64,000 nucleotides of DNA from Corallochytrium limacisporum Hawaii. Its lineage: Eukaryota; Protista; Pluriformea. The stretch lies in NCBI GenBank assembly GCA_002811645.1, contig PDIP01000008.1, positions 78,749-142,748 of the forward strand. The letters run 5' to 3'. Below the pieces are notes generated by a model. The model was not told the DNA's origin and did no database searches. It was given only the letters and a program-made list of their open reading frames with translations. This document shows positions 55,094-64,000 of this stretch, in pieces. The first letter of the stretch is position 1. Each line of letters opens with the position of its first letter. The position numbers and the translations under genes are program-made.

Positions 55094-57550
55094 ATGGAGA
55101 GTGCTGCGCACCCCTTCATGTCTATGGAGACAGCTCTGTTGTATCCAGAGGAGCCAAATTTTGTCTGGGATGATTGCAGCGTTTTCATCAACGAAGCCAA
55201 ACCTGAGTGTTTGATTGAAGTACAGACGGGGAGGCTGCGGACATGTAATTTAGAAGTCGATGTGGTGCAGAACGCATCCACAAGAGCAAGCAGAAAATTC
55301 GACAAGGCACCAGTGAGAGTCACTGGTGATTCCGATACCACAGTCACCCCACATGAGGACAATCTTCGAGGGCGAAGTCGAACCATCTCACTCCCGATGG
55401 AGAAACCACTTATCAATGCAGCACTGTCACCGGATTGGATGCTTCTTGCTTTGCAATTTACGCCAAACGAGGTCTGGGTTGCAGGATTTGATGGGGGCCA
55501 TGTCCAAGGTGCTGACGATTCCGCGGATCTGACGGTCGGGACCAAGGGTGTCAAGTTGCGCACAAACGTGCAAGGGGGCCACAACGCACGTATCCTTGGC
55601 TTCTTGTGGACGTTTGTGAACGAGCTAGTCATAATCACAGACAGGTCCGTGGAATTGTTTCAGATTATTGTGCAAGGTGATGGGAGGAAGAAAGCCTTGC
55701 CCACGAAATCGTACTCCCTGTCGGTGTCATGGTACCGCTACAGTGCAGAGAGACATGTACTAATGATTTGCGGTAACCCAGATGGCAGCCTCTTTGTGCC
55801 GATTCAGTTCAACTGTGGAACTTGCCACAGACTTATGAAATTTAATGTGAAACCAACAGTGAATCGATTCGGCACGGCTAAGCCGCGCGCACCGATGATG
55901 TTCTCAGCTGGTCTGAGTTCAGTGTGCAACATTTACGGCCAACTTTTGGGCGTCTTTGTTGTACCCATCGGTAGAGAGGAGCAAACAGCTGAGATGAAGA
56001 GCAGCAGAATGAGTCCAAATGCTGATGAGTGGCCAGTAAACCTCATGGTTTATAAGATCACCCAGGTGCAATCACAACAGATCTTGAACTTCCCGTTGCC
56101 AATTACAAAGGTGCGCAGTTTGTGCATTATGGACAATCTGGTGATTGTCCACGGCCAGCATGCAAGCATGGCCATCGATCTTTTTGACGTTCTCTACTCA
56201 GGACAGCTCACGTCCGCTCTCAAGCTTTGCTCCGATGTGACTTCACTGCAGCAGAGTACAACACATGATGCTCAGTCTGGTATTGCCAAACCATTCATCA
56301 ATGCGAACACTACAGTGGAGGCTATCCTGGACCACGCCCTGAACACCCCAGAGAATGTGGTAGAACCATTGAAACACAACACTCCGATACTCATGGGTCC
56401 TGCACCGGTCTTCATGACACACGCGCGTGGAAGTCTTGCAGGACTGGTCACCCCATTGAAACAGGGAGATATGGACGCCTCGTTCATGTCATCTCACATT
56501 CCGCACATCCAACACTATGCCTTCCTCGGCCATGCTGCGGCTCTTGCTGCCTCAGAGGGTCATTTTGCCTGGTTCGAGCTCGACTTGTGGGCGGCAGAGT
56601 TTTATGTCGTCGACCCCTTGCAGGTTGTGGCTTTCCACATGCGGCGACGAAAAGGTCGACCAATTCTGCGTGCATATCTTCTGCAGCAAATGAAGGATGT
56701 GGTGCATCTGAACAACCCGGACCATTTAGATGATTTGTCCGCGATCCTGCGCCTGGTTCTGGCTGCGCCTGCGGATAAGGCGTCATCACGGGAAAGCAGT
56801 GACCTGCGCTCCACGGATTCGGAAGTGACTCCCATGAGTCTAACCCGCGGTAGTTCCGCTGCACACTGGGAGCAAGGAACGACCAGCAGACTCGGGCTCC
56901 TTCGACGCCGAGCGACTCAGTACATGACGGCACGAGGTGTTAATCCAGGCTGGCAGTCAAGTCCTTTAGATCTAATTCTCGTGTACGTCCGTGGATTGGA
57001 CCTAGACAGCATTATACTTGACGTTGTCTTGCCAGCATCACGTGTGATCAGCAAGGTTGAGGAGGACGAGTATGACTATGATGCTGTATGGCTCGTCCTC
57101 ATGTGCTCGACAGTGATGGAAACTAGTCTCCTTGTCAATGACGGTGCGGGATGTCACGTGTCGCAGGAGACCATGGCAAAGGTGCGCAGGCTTCTTCACA
57201 AGGTAGACAAGGACGATATTGCATTGCAGCTGGCTGCCATGCTCCCGACTCAGAGTGATACCACTGAAATTAATCGATACCGCCGCGAAGCTCTGCAGTC
57301 CGTTTTCAACAAACTGAGCGTGGACACACTCATTTCCGGCGACGTTCCCTCAGAGCAGCTCCTGACGTGGACACAGGCGCAATTCCGGCAGGCCCAGGAC
57401 GAGAACGATGAGAAACGCATGCGTGATATCATTGGCTTTGTGGAGAAAAGCGGACTCACTGATCGTGCTAGAGAGATATACAACACCGAGGCACTCCAGT
57501 GCCTACGAGATATGCACCACGAACTCAAGGCGATGCAGATGCAGCATTAA
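55094..57550 (+). CDS. RMC1: Regulator of MON1-CCZ1 (RMC1/Mic1/C18orf8)-like protein
   Basis: The N-terminal propeller region LSPD..LLALQ, ILGFLWT..ELVIITDRSVELFQI..KSYSLSVSWY and MDNLVIVH resembles RMC1. The C-terminus is divergent. Confidence 0.7.
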   Translation: MESAAHPFMSMETALLYPEEPNFVWDDCSVFINEAKPECLIEVQTGRLRTCNLEVDVVQNASTRASRKFDKAPVRVTGDSDTTVTPHEDNLRGRSRTISLPMEKPLINAALSPDWMLLALQFTPNEVWVAGFDGGHVQGADDSADLTVGTKGVKLRTNVQGGHNARILGFLWTFVNELVIITDRSVELFQIIVQGDGRKKALPTKSYSLSVSWYRYSAERHVLMICGNPDGSLFVPIQFNCGTCHRLMKFNVKPTVNRFGTAKPRAPMMFSAGLSSVCNIYGQLLGVFVVPIGREEQTAEMKSSRMSPNADEWPVNLMVYKITQVQSQQILNFPLPITKVRSLCIMDNLVIVHGQHASMAIDLFDVLYSGQLTSALKLCSDVTSLQQSTTHDAQSGIAKPFINANTTVEAILDHALNTPENVVEPLKHNTPILMGPAPVFMTHARGSLAGLVTPLKQGDMDASFMSSHIPHIQHYAFLGHAAALAASEGHFAWFELDLWAAEFYVVDPLQVVAFHMRRRKGRPILRAYLLQQMKDVVHLNNPDHLDDLSAILRLVLAAPADKASSRESSDLRSTDSEVTPMSLTRGSSAAHWEQGTTSRLGLLRRRATQYMTARGVNPGWQSSPLDLILVYVRGLDLDSIILDVVLPASRVISKVEEDEYDYDAVWLVLMCSTVMETSLLVNDGAGCHVSQETMAKVRRLLHKVDKDDIALQLAAMLPTQSDTTEINRYRREALQSVFNKLSVDTLISGDVPSEQLLTWTQAQFRQAQDENDEKRMRDIIGFVEKSGLTDRAREIYNTEALQCLRDMHHELKAMQMQH

Positions 57551-57638
57551 TTATGGGCACTCTGAGTAAAGAATCGTATTTACAGTATCTATTTCAGTAC
57601 GTTAGCAAACGGCATGTGACTGTGAACCGCAAGGTCCT

Positions 57639-58937
57639 TCACTCTTTCTTGTTCCCTTCGCCGTCTTCCGCATCTGGTGTCTCTGTGGCCTCTGGCTCCT
57701 CCATCGCAGGCAGCAAGTCTACCGCACTGCCTCCATCTACCAGGGCCGGAAACGAGGACAACGTCTTGCGCAAGGCCTCCATGTTAGTACTGGCAGCTGG
57801 AGAAGCTTCACTTTCTTCACTCTCTTCCGTATCAACGTTGAGGGCATCAACAAGGGTTTGCACGTAGGTGCCAGTTAAGGTGGCTCCGTTGTTGCGGCCG
57901 AGCATATGCAGGCCCTCCTCGACTTGGCCCTGAAGCAACAGAGCCGCGGCTTTGTACAGTTCGTTGGCTTCCTGATGCTGCTGTGTCTCTAACTGAACTC
58001 TGCTGAGCACATCAGTCACGGCTTTCAGATGGCTTCCGTCTCTCAGGCGCAGCTGGGCATCAGCAATGACAAGCAGACTGTCCTCGCTAAGGGCGTCCGC
58101 AGGCACCGCATATATTGCCTGCCCGACAATGCGATCAAGGGCGGTGGAATCTCCACTCGTCTCTTTGGCCTCAGCTTCTTCCGAATTCTCACCTGCAGTT
58201 GGTTCATCGCCCTCCTCACTCTGAGCCTTTGGTGGACTAACGAGAGCACTCGCAAATACAGCCGCCTTGTCGCGGTTTCCGTGGATGACCCGCAAGAGTG
58301 CGTCGACCTCGGCAGCGTCACACGGACTGGCCTGGCGGGCTTCAGCGCGGTACTTCAGCATTTTCAAGCTTGCTCGGATAGCCTTGTCGCTGATATGAGC
58401 TCTGGATTCCAGAGCCTGCGCCAGAATGAGACCGTCTTCCTCACGCGGCAGGAAGTAGCCGAACTTCAGCGGTTCCGTTAAAATGTCGACTGCCTCCCAT
58501 GACTTCTTTGCTCGCAGGTAGGCACCTAGCATGGCGGCTGCCGTCCTTTCATCGACAAGATGGTACTTCAATCGCCAGCTGCGCGCAATTTTCTTCAGAC
58601 TTGACAAAGCTTTGTTGCCTTTTGGTCCTTCCTCAACACTCTGCCACGCACGGAAAAGGATGTTATTTGGCACGCCCGTGTCAGCCAGGCCACGGCCCTT
58701 CTGTTTGCTTGGCTTTCCTTCGAGCTTCTTTTCCAAATATTCAATGTCTTCTTCTAATGTGGTGAGTTCATGATGTCTGGAAAAAGATGTGTAACGATCA
58801 GCTCCATTGAAATCAGCGGAGGTGGGCTCTGCAGTTAATTCCACGGGAACAGCCAGAGACATTGGGCGTACCCAAAGCGAGCTACTGATTCCTCGGGAAA
58901 CCCGGAATCGGACTGCCGTTTGCGGCAGTCTAAGCAT
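57639..58937 (-). CDS. Mitochondrion-targeted helical-repeat protein, possibly mS27/PPR-like
   Basis: Arg/Ser-rich, acid-free N-terminus (MLRLPQTAVRFRVSRG). The segment MLGAYLRAKKSWEAVDILTEPLKFGYFLP resembles a PPR-like repeat of mitoribosomal mS27. Confidence 0.5.
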   Translation of the reverse strand: MLRLPQTAVRFRVSRGISSSLWVRPMSLAVPVELTAEPTSADFNGADRYTSFSRHHELTTLEEDIEYLEKKLEGKPSKQKGRGLADTGVPNNILFRAWQSVEEGPKGNKALSSLKKIARSWRLKYHLVDERTAAAMLGAYLRAKKSWEAVDILTEPLKFGYFLPREEDGLILAQALESRAHISDKAIRASLKMLKYRAEARQASPCDAAEVDALLRVIHGNRDKAAVFASALVSPPKAQSEEGDEPTAGENSEEAEAKETSGDSTALDRIVGQAIYAVPADALSEDSLLVIADAQLRLRDGSHLKAVTDVLSRVQLETQQHQEANELYKAAALLLQGQVEEGLHMLGRNNGATLTGTYVQTLVDALNVDTEESEESEASPAASTNMEALRKTLSSFPALVDGGSAVDLLPAMEEPEATETPDAEDGEGNKKE

Positions 58938-59248
58938 AGCGTACTGTAGATGTGCTGAGTACTATTTAGACTGTACCCTAAACTACTTAGTATGTTCTCT
59001 TGAACTCAAGTGCTGCCGTTCTTCCACTTCTTTACTCTCGTTCCACCCATATCATATAGATCTTCATATGAACGCTCAATCCGGCTAAAAATCATAAAAT
59101 TTAAGATACCTGTCACCTCTATACCATTGAGATCCTATGCAACACACCATCACCTGCGATATGCGTCATGGCAGACACTCGTTCCAATCCCAGCACAGCG
59201 GCCCCTTCCCATGGGTGTGTGTGTGTGCAGAACTCCCCCTCCCCCCCC

Positions 59249-59577
59249 NNNNNNNNNNNNNNNNNNNNNNNNNNNNNNNNNNNNNNNNNNNNNNNNNNNN
59301 NNNNNNNNNNNNNNNNNNNNNNNNNNNNNNNNNNNNNNNNNNNNNNNNNNNNNNNNNNNNNNNNNNNNNNNNNNNNNNNNNNNNNNNNNNNNNNNNNNNN
59401 NNNNNNNNNNNNNNNNNNNNNNNNNNNNNNNNNNNNNNNNNNNNNNNNNNNNNNNNNNNNNNNNNNNNNNNNNNNNNNNNNNNNNNNNNNNNNNNNNNNN
59501 NNNNNNNNNNNNNNNNNNNNNNNNNNNNNNNNNNNNNNNNNNNNNNNNNNNNNNNNNNNNNNNNNNNNNNNNNNNNN
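59249..59577. other. Assembly gap (329 N)
   Basis: N run immediately preceded by a poly-C tract. Confidence 0.99.
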
Positions 59578-59923
59578 CCTTCCGCTTGCTTCCCCCGCCC
59601 TGGCCGACTACCAAACTCCCTCCCATCCGTTGAGCGGGACCGTTGTACCGGACAATTTCATTTTCGGTTCCCCGCGCGATGTGCCCCGGGAACAAAAACA
59701 CTTCCGACAAGGGTGGCGTAGGAGACATTGTTGCCCCACTGCGCGCTATTGGAAATGACGGGTACTTCAGTGCTATAGCGCGGTGAACATAAAATTTTGT
59801 AGTGCTGACATGGTTGTGACATGAAGGACACGCCCAGAAGTTGGATTCATCGACGTAGAGTGCAGGCAACAAACATGTTTGCTGGGTACATCTCGAAAAT
59901 AACATACGCAATATAACGCAGAT

Positions 59924-60637
59924 ATGAATATAGAGGTATTGCGCGCAGAGATGCGCAAGCGCACCATAAGCACCAATACACAGGAACGAAAGGCCACAGA
60001 ATCACGTACAAGCACAACACAAACAAACACGCAGCAACCATTGTCATCCGCAAGGTCAAGAAGGGTCGTGGCTCATTCGTCAAGTACAGAGACTGGCGGT
60101 ACGCGGGAGCATAAACAGTGTATCAAATGGCGAGATGAAGCAGTTAAGAGCAGTCCCATTGTACGCGGACTGATGTTTGCCATGAAGCGTCGCGGTTGTG
60201 GTGTTGGTGAGGCCAACCTGCTTTGTGAGCCGTGCTCAGAGTATGTTGGTGGTGGTTTTAGTCTTGACGATGGCATAATTTTGTGTGAGAACCGCCTAAT
60301 CAGCCAAGGTCATGCCGCTGATACATTAGCTCACGAGCTGATTCATGCATTTGACCATTGTCGAGCAAAGGTGAACTGGGATTCCTGTCTTCATCACGCT
60401 TGCAGCGAGATCCGTGCTGCAAATTTGAGCGGTGACTGCAATTTCTGGCGTGAGATTTCCCGAGGCTATGTCGGTATTGGTGGACACCACAAGGAATGTG
60501 TCAAGCGGCGGGCATACCTATCCGTCAAGTTGAATCCGAGCTGCACAGAGCAACAGGCAAAGATTGCAGTCGACAATGCGTTCGACACTTGCTTTAAGGA
60601 TCTCGCTCCCTTCCTTGAGATCCCTCGTAAACATTGA
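59924..60637 (+). CDS. ATP23: Mitochondrial inner membrane metalloprotease ATP23
   Basis: GGF..GIILCEN, TLAHELIHAFDHCR (HEXXH), HHACSEIRAANLSGDC and CVKRRA..SV. The start could instead be 59951. Confidence 0.95.
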   Translation: MNIEVLRAEMRKRTISTNTQERKATESRTSTTQTNTQQPLSSARSRRVVAHSSSTETGGTREHKQCIKWRDEAVKSSPIVRGLMFAMKRRGCGVGEANLLCEPCSEYVGGGFSLDDGIILCENRLISQGHAADTLAHELIHAFDHCRAKVNWDSCLHHACSEIRAANLSGDCNFWREISRGYVGIGGHHKECVKRRAYLSVKLNPSCTEQQAKIAVDNAFDTCFKDLAPFLEIPRKH

Positions 60638-60810
60638 ACATCATCCCTATCATATTACAATCATCGTGCTTCGCCGTCTTGACGATGGCATCAGTTTTTG
60701 AACATTCTTACATAGAACACCTATAAACATGGTCAGATTTTCAAACTAAGTCTTGGTTTATGTATATTGAATGGATGGTCTTTCGATGCTATAGTGACCG
60801 CATGTCATAT

Positions 60811-61317
60811 CTAGAAGCGCGGTGGCCGAGCACGACTGTTTTCTTTATAACTCTTATCCCTAGAGTCATCATTTGGCAAATCTGATTCCTCTTGCAGGCG
60901 GTCCATTGCAGTGATTGCCTTCAACACTGTACGCTTGTTTGTCTCTTGAATTTCCCCACCGAGCACCAGTTCGTCAAGCACGAAGTAAGCCTTTTCGAAG
61001 TTAAAGATAACATCGAGTTCACAGACGCTACCAAAATACTTATCCAGTGTTTCTACAAACCGGTGCACAATCTCAAGAGTGATTAACTCGTTGTCGCCAT
61101 CTTCTATTCCAACACAGAAATACAGGGACGCGTAACGCTTGTACACAATCTTGAATTCCTTCCACTCTAGGAAATTACACATTTTTGGTTTCCGCGCCAG
61201 AATCGTAGTTGTCATCTCCCTCATAATTTTCTTCTTTTCCTTCTGTGTGTAGGCATGGTACCACTTCTGCAATCGACACTTGCCTTGTCGGCTAAACAAG
61301 AGGATAAAATCGATCAT
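60811..61317 (-). CDS. AP1S1: AP-1 adaptor complex sigma subunit
   Basis: [26 protein letters not shown] and [26 protein letters not shown]. Confidence 0.96.
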   Translation of the reverse strand: MIDFILLFSRQGKCRLQKWYHAYTQKEKKKIMREMTTTILARKPKMCNFLEWKEFKIVYKRYASLYFCVGIEDGDNELITLEIVHRFVETLDKYFGSVCELDVIFNFEKAYFVLDELVLGGEIQETNKRTVLKAITAMDRLQEESDLPNDDSRDKSYKENSRARPPRF

Positions 61318-63022
61318 ATTGGCTGTTGTCAGTCCCGACGACGACGATGCACACTCGTCACACGCTGGATATCCTCAGGGCGTCACCGTGTGATGGTGAT
61401 ATGAGAGACATCACAGGTGACATTTACTGCGTCCTTTTTCTAGCTTCCAATATGAAATGAAATCTCTACTTTTTGGTGACACGCAATGTCCAAGTTCGAT
61501 GTTCTGTTGAGATTGGGTGAGATGACCGCTAGCTGATGAGAACGGAAAAGCCAGCAGCGCAGTCCAGGGCCAGAGGCATAACAACGGAGATGCAACCCCC
61601 GGTCACCGGCCCTCGATACTTTCACTACCGCTCCCTACCCGACTCCTCGCTTTCAAGGCATTCTCAACCGGGCACAGCAACCTCCTGAAAGCTAAATATG
61701 AATCAAAACAATCAAATCAAGAAAATGTGTATAAATGTACTTAATATATCGCATCACCCCTTGATTCATATATATTTGATTGGATTAAAATTATCATATA
61801 ATGTTCGCAACATTTTGGGACATGATTATTCGGATTATAATGAGAGCCATTTCGTTAGTTGCCCTATTTTCCAACCGACCGATGGGCCAGCAGCAGCACC
61901 CTTGCCTTCCCCAAACTCCCCCTCTCCCCCAAGAAATTAGATGCCACAGCTCCGCACCTTCCTGAAGCCAAAATGGGAATAATCTATACTGAATATATGG
62001 GATATTGAGACCCCCGCGCACGGCAAAAGCAGACCCGGCCACACGTGATTTTCTGTCACCGTCGTCACCCATCCCAACGGTTTGATGGTAGTGTCCCGCC
62101 AATGGCGGGTTTCCTCAGGAGCAGGTACCACGCACTCAACTCCATACATTTACATTAGAAATAGGCGATTGGGCCGAGAGAGAGACCAGGCGCACCTGTC
62201 ACACACTTGGCCATCCCCTTTCCGCCGGATCTGTCGAGAAAAAAAAAAAGGTGATGCAGAATGTGTAGTGGTACGAGAATTCAGGTAATATGTACGTGAC
62301 CCTGTGGTACGATAAACTTTCCCAACATTGGCTATCCAACACCACAGCATAGGGCACACTCCGAAATTCTCCTTTTTCTTACCGGGCCGTAGGGGTGTGT
62401 GTGTGGATCCCCTTTCGAAACTGTTCAAATGCCCTGGATTCTGTTCCATATATTTGGTATGGGAATTTACATATTTCACGGCAACGTCAGATTGGTGGTC
62501 CCACTGCCTTGTGCCGACGCGGCAGTTGACTCGTTCTGGAAATGGGGGAGGGGTCGTGGGGCAAAAAAAAAAAATGGAGAAGAATGCAAGAGAGAAACTG
62601 CCTCCACTCTATCGCTTATTGGGAAGAAAAAGTGGGTTCCGATTAGTGAGAAAATGGGAGTTTTTTCCTCGTTACCCCGTCTCCTTGCATTGTCGACCCA
62701 CGAAATGCGTTGGTCCAAGTACTATGCCGTGACACATGAGTTGTGGTGACCACCTCCAATCACAGTTCCGAAATAGCAAAATTGCTCAAGAGAGTGCGCC
62801 TGTGATCGCTGGTGTCGCATACAGGTCAGTTGGAACTTTACGAGTGGAATTTTGCACGGGACTATCACAATATTGTGTTAGTAGAGGTGATATGGTTAAT
62901 GTCTCTTCGCGCAACATTCCTTCAGGGCAAGGTTAACAAGGTACTAGAAGTGCAGAATTCGTAAGATCAGCACGCATTTTCCCCTTCAGTATTCACGGAA
63001 TCATCATTTATACAGAATCACG

Positions 63023-63778
63023 ATGGCTGTCAGAGAGAACGCTGCCGAGGTCCAGCGCGTTCTGGATGCGAAAGACTACTATGCGGTATTAGGCATTGAA
63101 AAAGGAGAGACAAATGAGAGTCTGATTCGCCGAAAATACATTCAGATCAGCCGGGCAATCCATCCGGACAAGAACGGAAATGATCCCGAGACTACACAAG
63201 CTTTCCAGAAGCTCAGCAATGCCTACTGCACTCTAAAGGATCCTTCCTCTCGTCGCATATATGATTTGGGTGGCGCAGGCGCCAACGTCAATGCTGAAGA
63301 GGCTCTATCTGAACTCATGGAACAACTATACAAGGAATTTGTGGCGGGTCATTTTGAGGAAATCCTTCGGGTAATTGACCAGGTGAACGCACAGAGCCCT
63401 GAAACTCAACTTGACAGAGAAAGTGTACGGGAACTTCTTGAAAGGAGTCACGAGGTCTTCCATTCCGTTGACAGCGCATACAAGTTTGTGAAGCCGGATC
63501 TGCTCGAGTTTAGCGCTGCCTACCAACAGATGGGACAGTTGAGTTATCTGAACGTTTTGGGCCGGGCGGCTTTCATTTTTGAGCTGTGGATTATCATTCT
63601 GGGCGTACCCTTGAAGACTGAGAAATTGCACTGGATACTTGAGAACACTATCAACCTCATTATCTTTCAACTGGAGCTTGCTCGCGATACCTGTCGAGGT
63701 GCCAACAACATGTTCTCCGCTGCTGCGTCTGGTCTCTTTGGATCATGGGAAAGCGAAGCCGAGGTCACCAACTACTAA
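63023..63778 (+). CDS. DnaJ (class C) J-domain protein with a hydrophobic C-terminal segment
   Basis: DYYAVLG, HPDKN and FQKLSNAY..L.D..RRIYD. Confidence 0.88.
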   Translation: MAVRENAAEVQRVLDAKDYYAVLGIEKGETNESLIRRKYIQISRAIHPDKNGNDPETTQAFQKLSNAYCTLKDPSSRRIYDLGGAGANVNAEEALSELMEQLYKEFVAGHFEEILRVIDQVNAQSPETQLDRESVRELLERSHEVFHSVDSAYKFVKPDLLEFSAAYQQMGQLSYLNVLGRAAFIFELWIIILGVPLKTEKLHWILENTINLIIFQLELARDTCRGANNMFSAAASGLFGSWESEAEVTNY

Positions 63779-64000
63779 GAAAGCTTTCATGACATTGCTA
63801 TCGTAGAATTAGCCACCATCAACTTGCACTACGGGACTCAACACTGATGGGTTACCCCGACATAATGTACATCATGGCAATTGCCAACACATTCGTATGA
63901 ATCCAACATATCGCATAATATCGGCTAGAAACAATGCATCCATTGTCGGTCAATATGAACATCACATCAATATACTAGCATCATACCCGTTACCATCATC

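Noticed and set aside
59010-59911. ORFs spanning the N run
   Set aside because: Artefacts of the assembly gap.

Overview
Gene-dense eukaryotic DNA with 24 protein-coding genes, one truncated at the 5' window edge. Every gene reads as one uninterrupted ORF of up to 3.7 kb, so no coding intron is needed anywhere. Animal/opisthokont-type housekeeping genes (STRIP/Far11, TAP42, NT5C3, MARCH5, SLU7, TNPO3, RMC1, SLF2-like, Spt20, PGM3, ATP23, AP-1 sigma) sit beside genes that animals lack (a hybrid histidine kinase, a Spg1/Tem1-type GTPase domain) and a few bacterial-looking genes. This fits an intron-poor unicellular opisthokont, for example a Corallochytrium-like holozoan; that is inference, not verified. 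The most unusual items are: (1) a predicted N-myristoylated LRR protein fused to a Spg1/Tem1 GTPase domain with a broken G3 motif; (2) an ACAD10/11-type kinase fused to a bacterial-type beta domain, tail-to-tail with a nitronate monooxygenase/FabK-family gene; (3) a C2-RasGAP protein whose catalytic motifs appear lost; (4) a TM-GAF-PAS hybrid histidine kinase behind a 6.5 kb gene-free region; (5) GC-rich multi-hairpin elements in most promoter-side spacers, two of which look like candidate structured RNAs. There is one assembly gap (59249-59577). No tRNA, rRNA, CRISPR array or transposon was recognised. All family calls come from motif recognition by eye; no database searches or folding computations were run.
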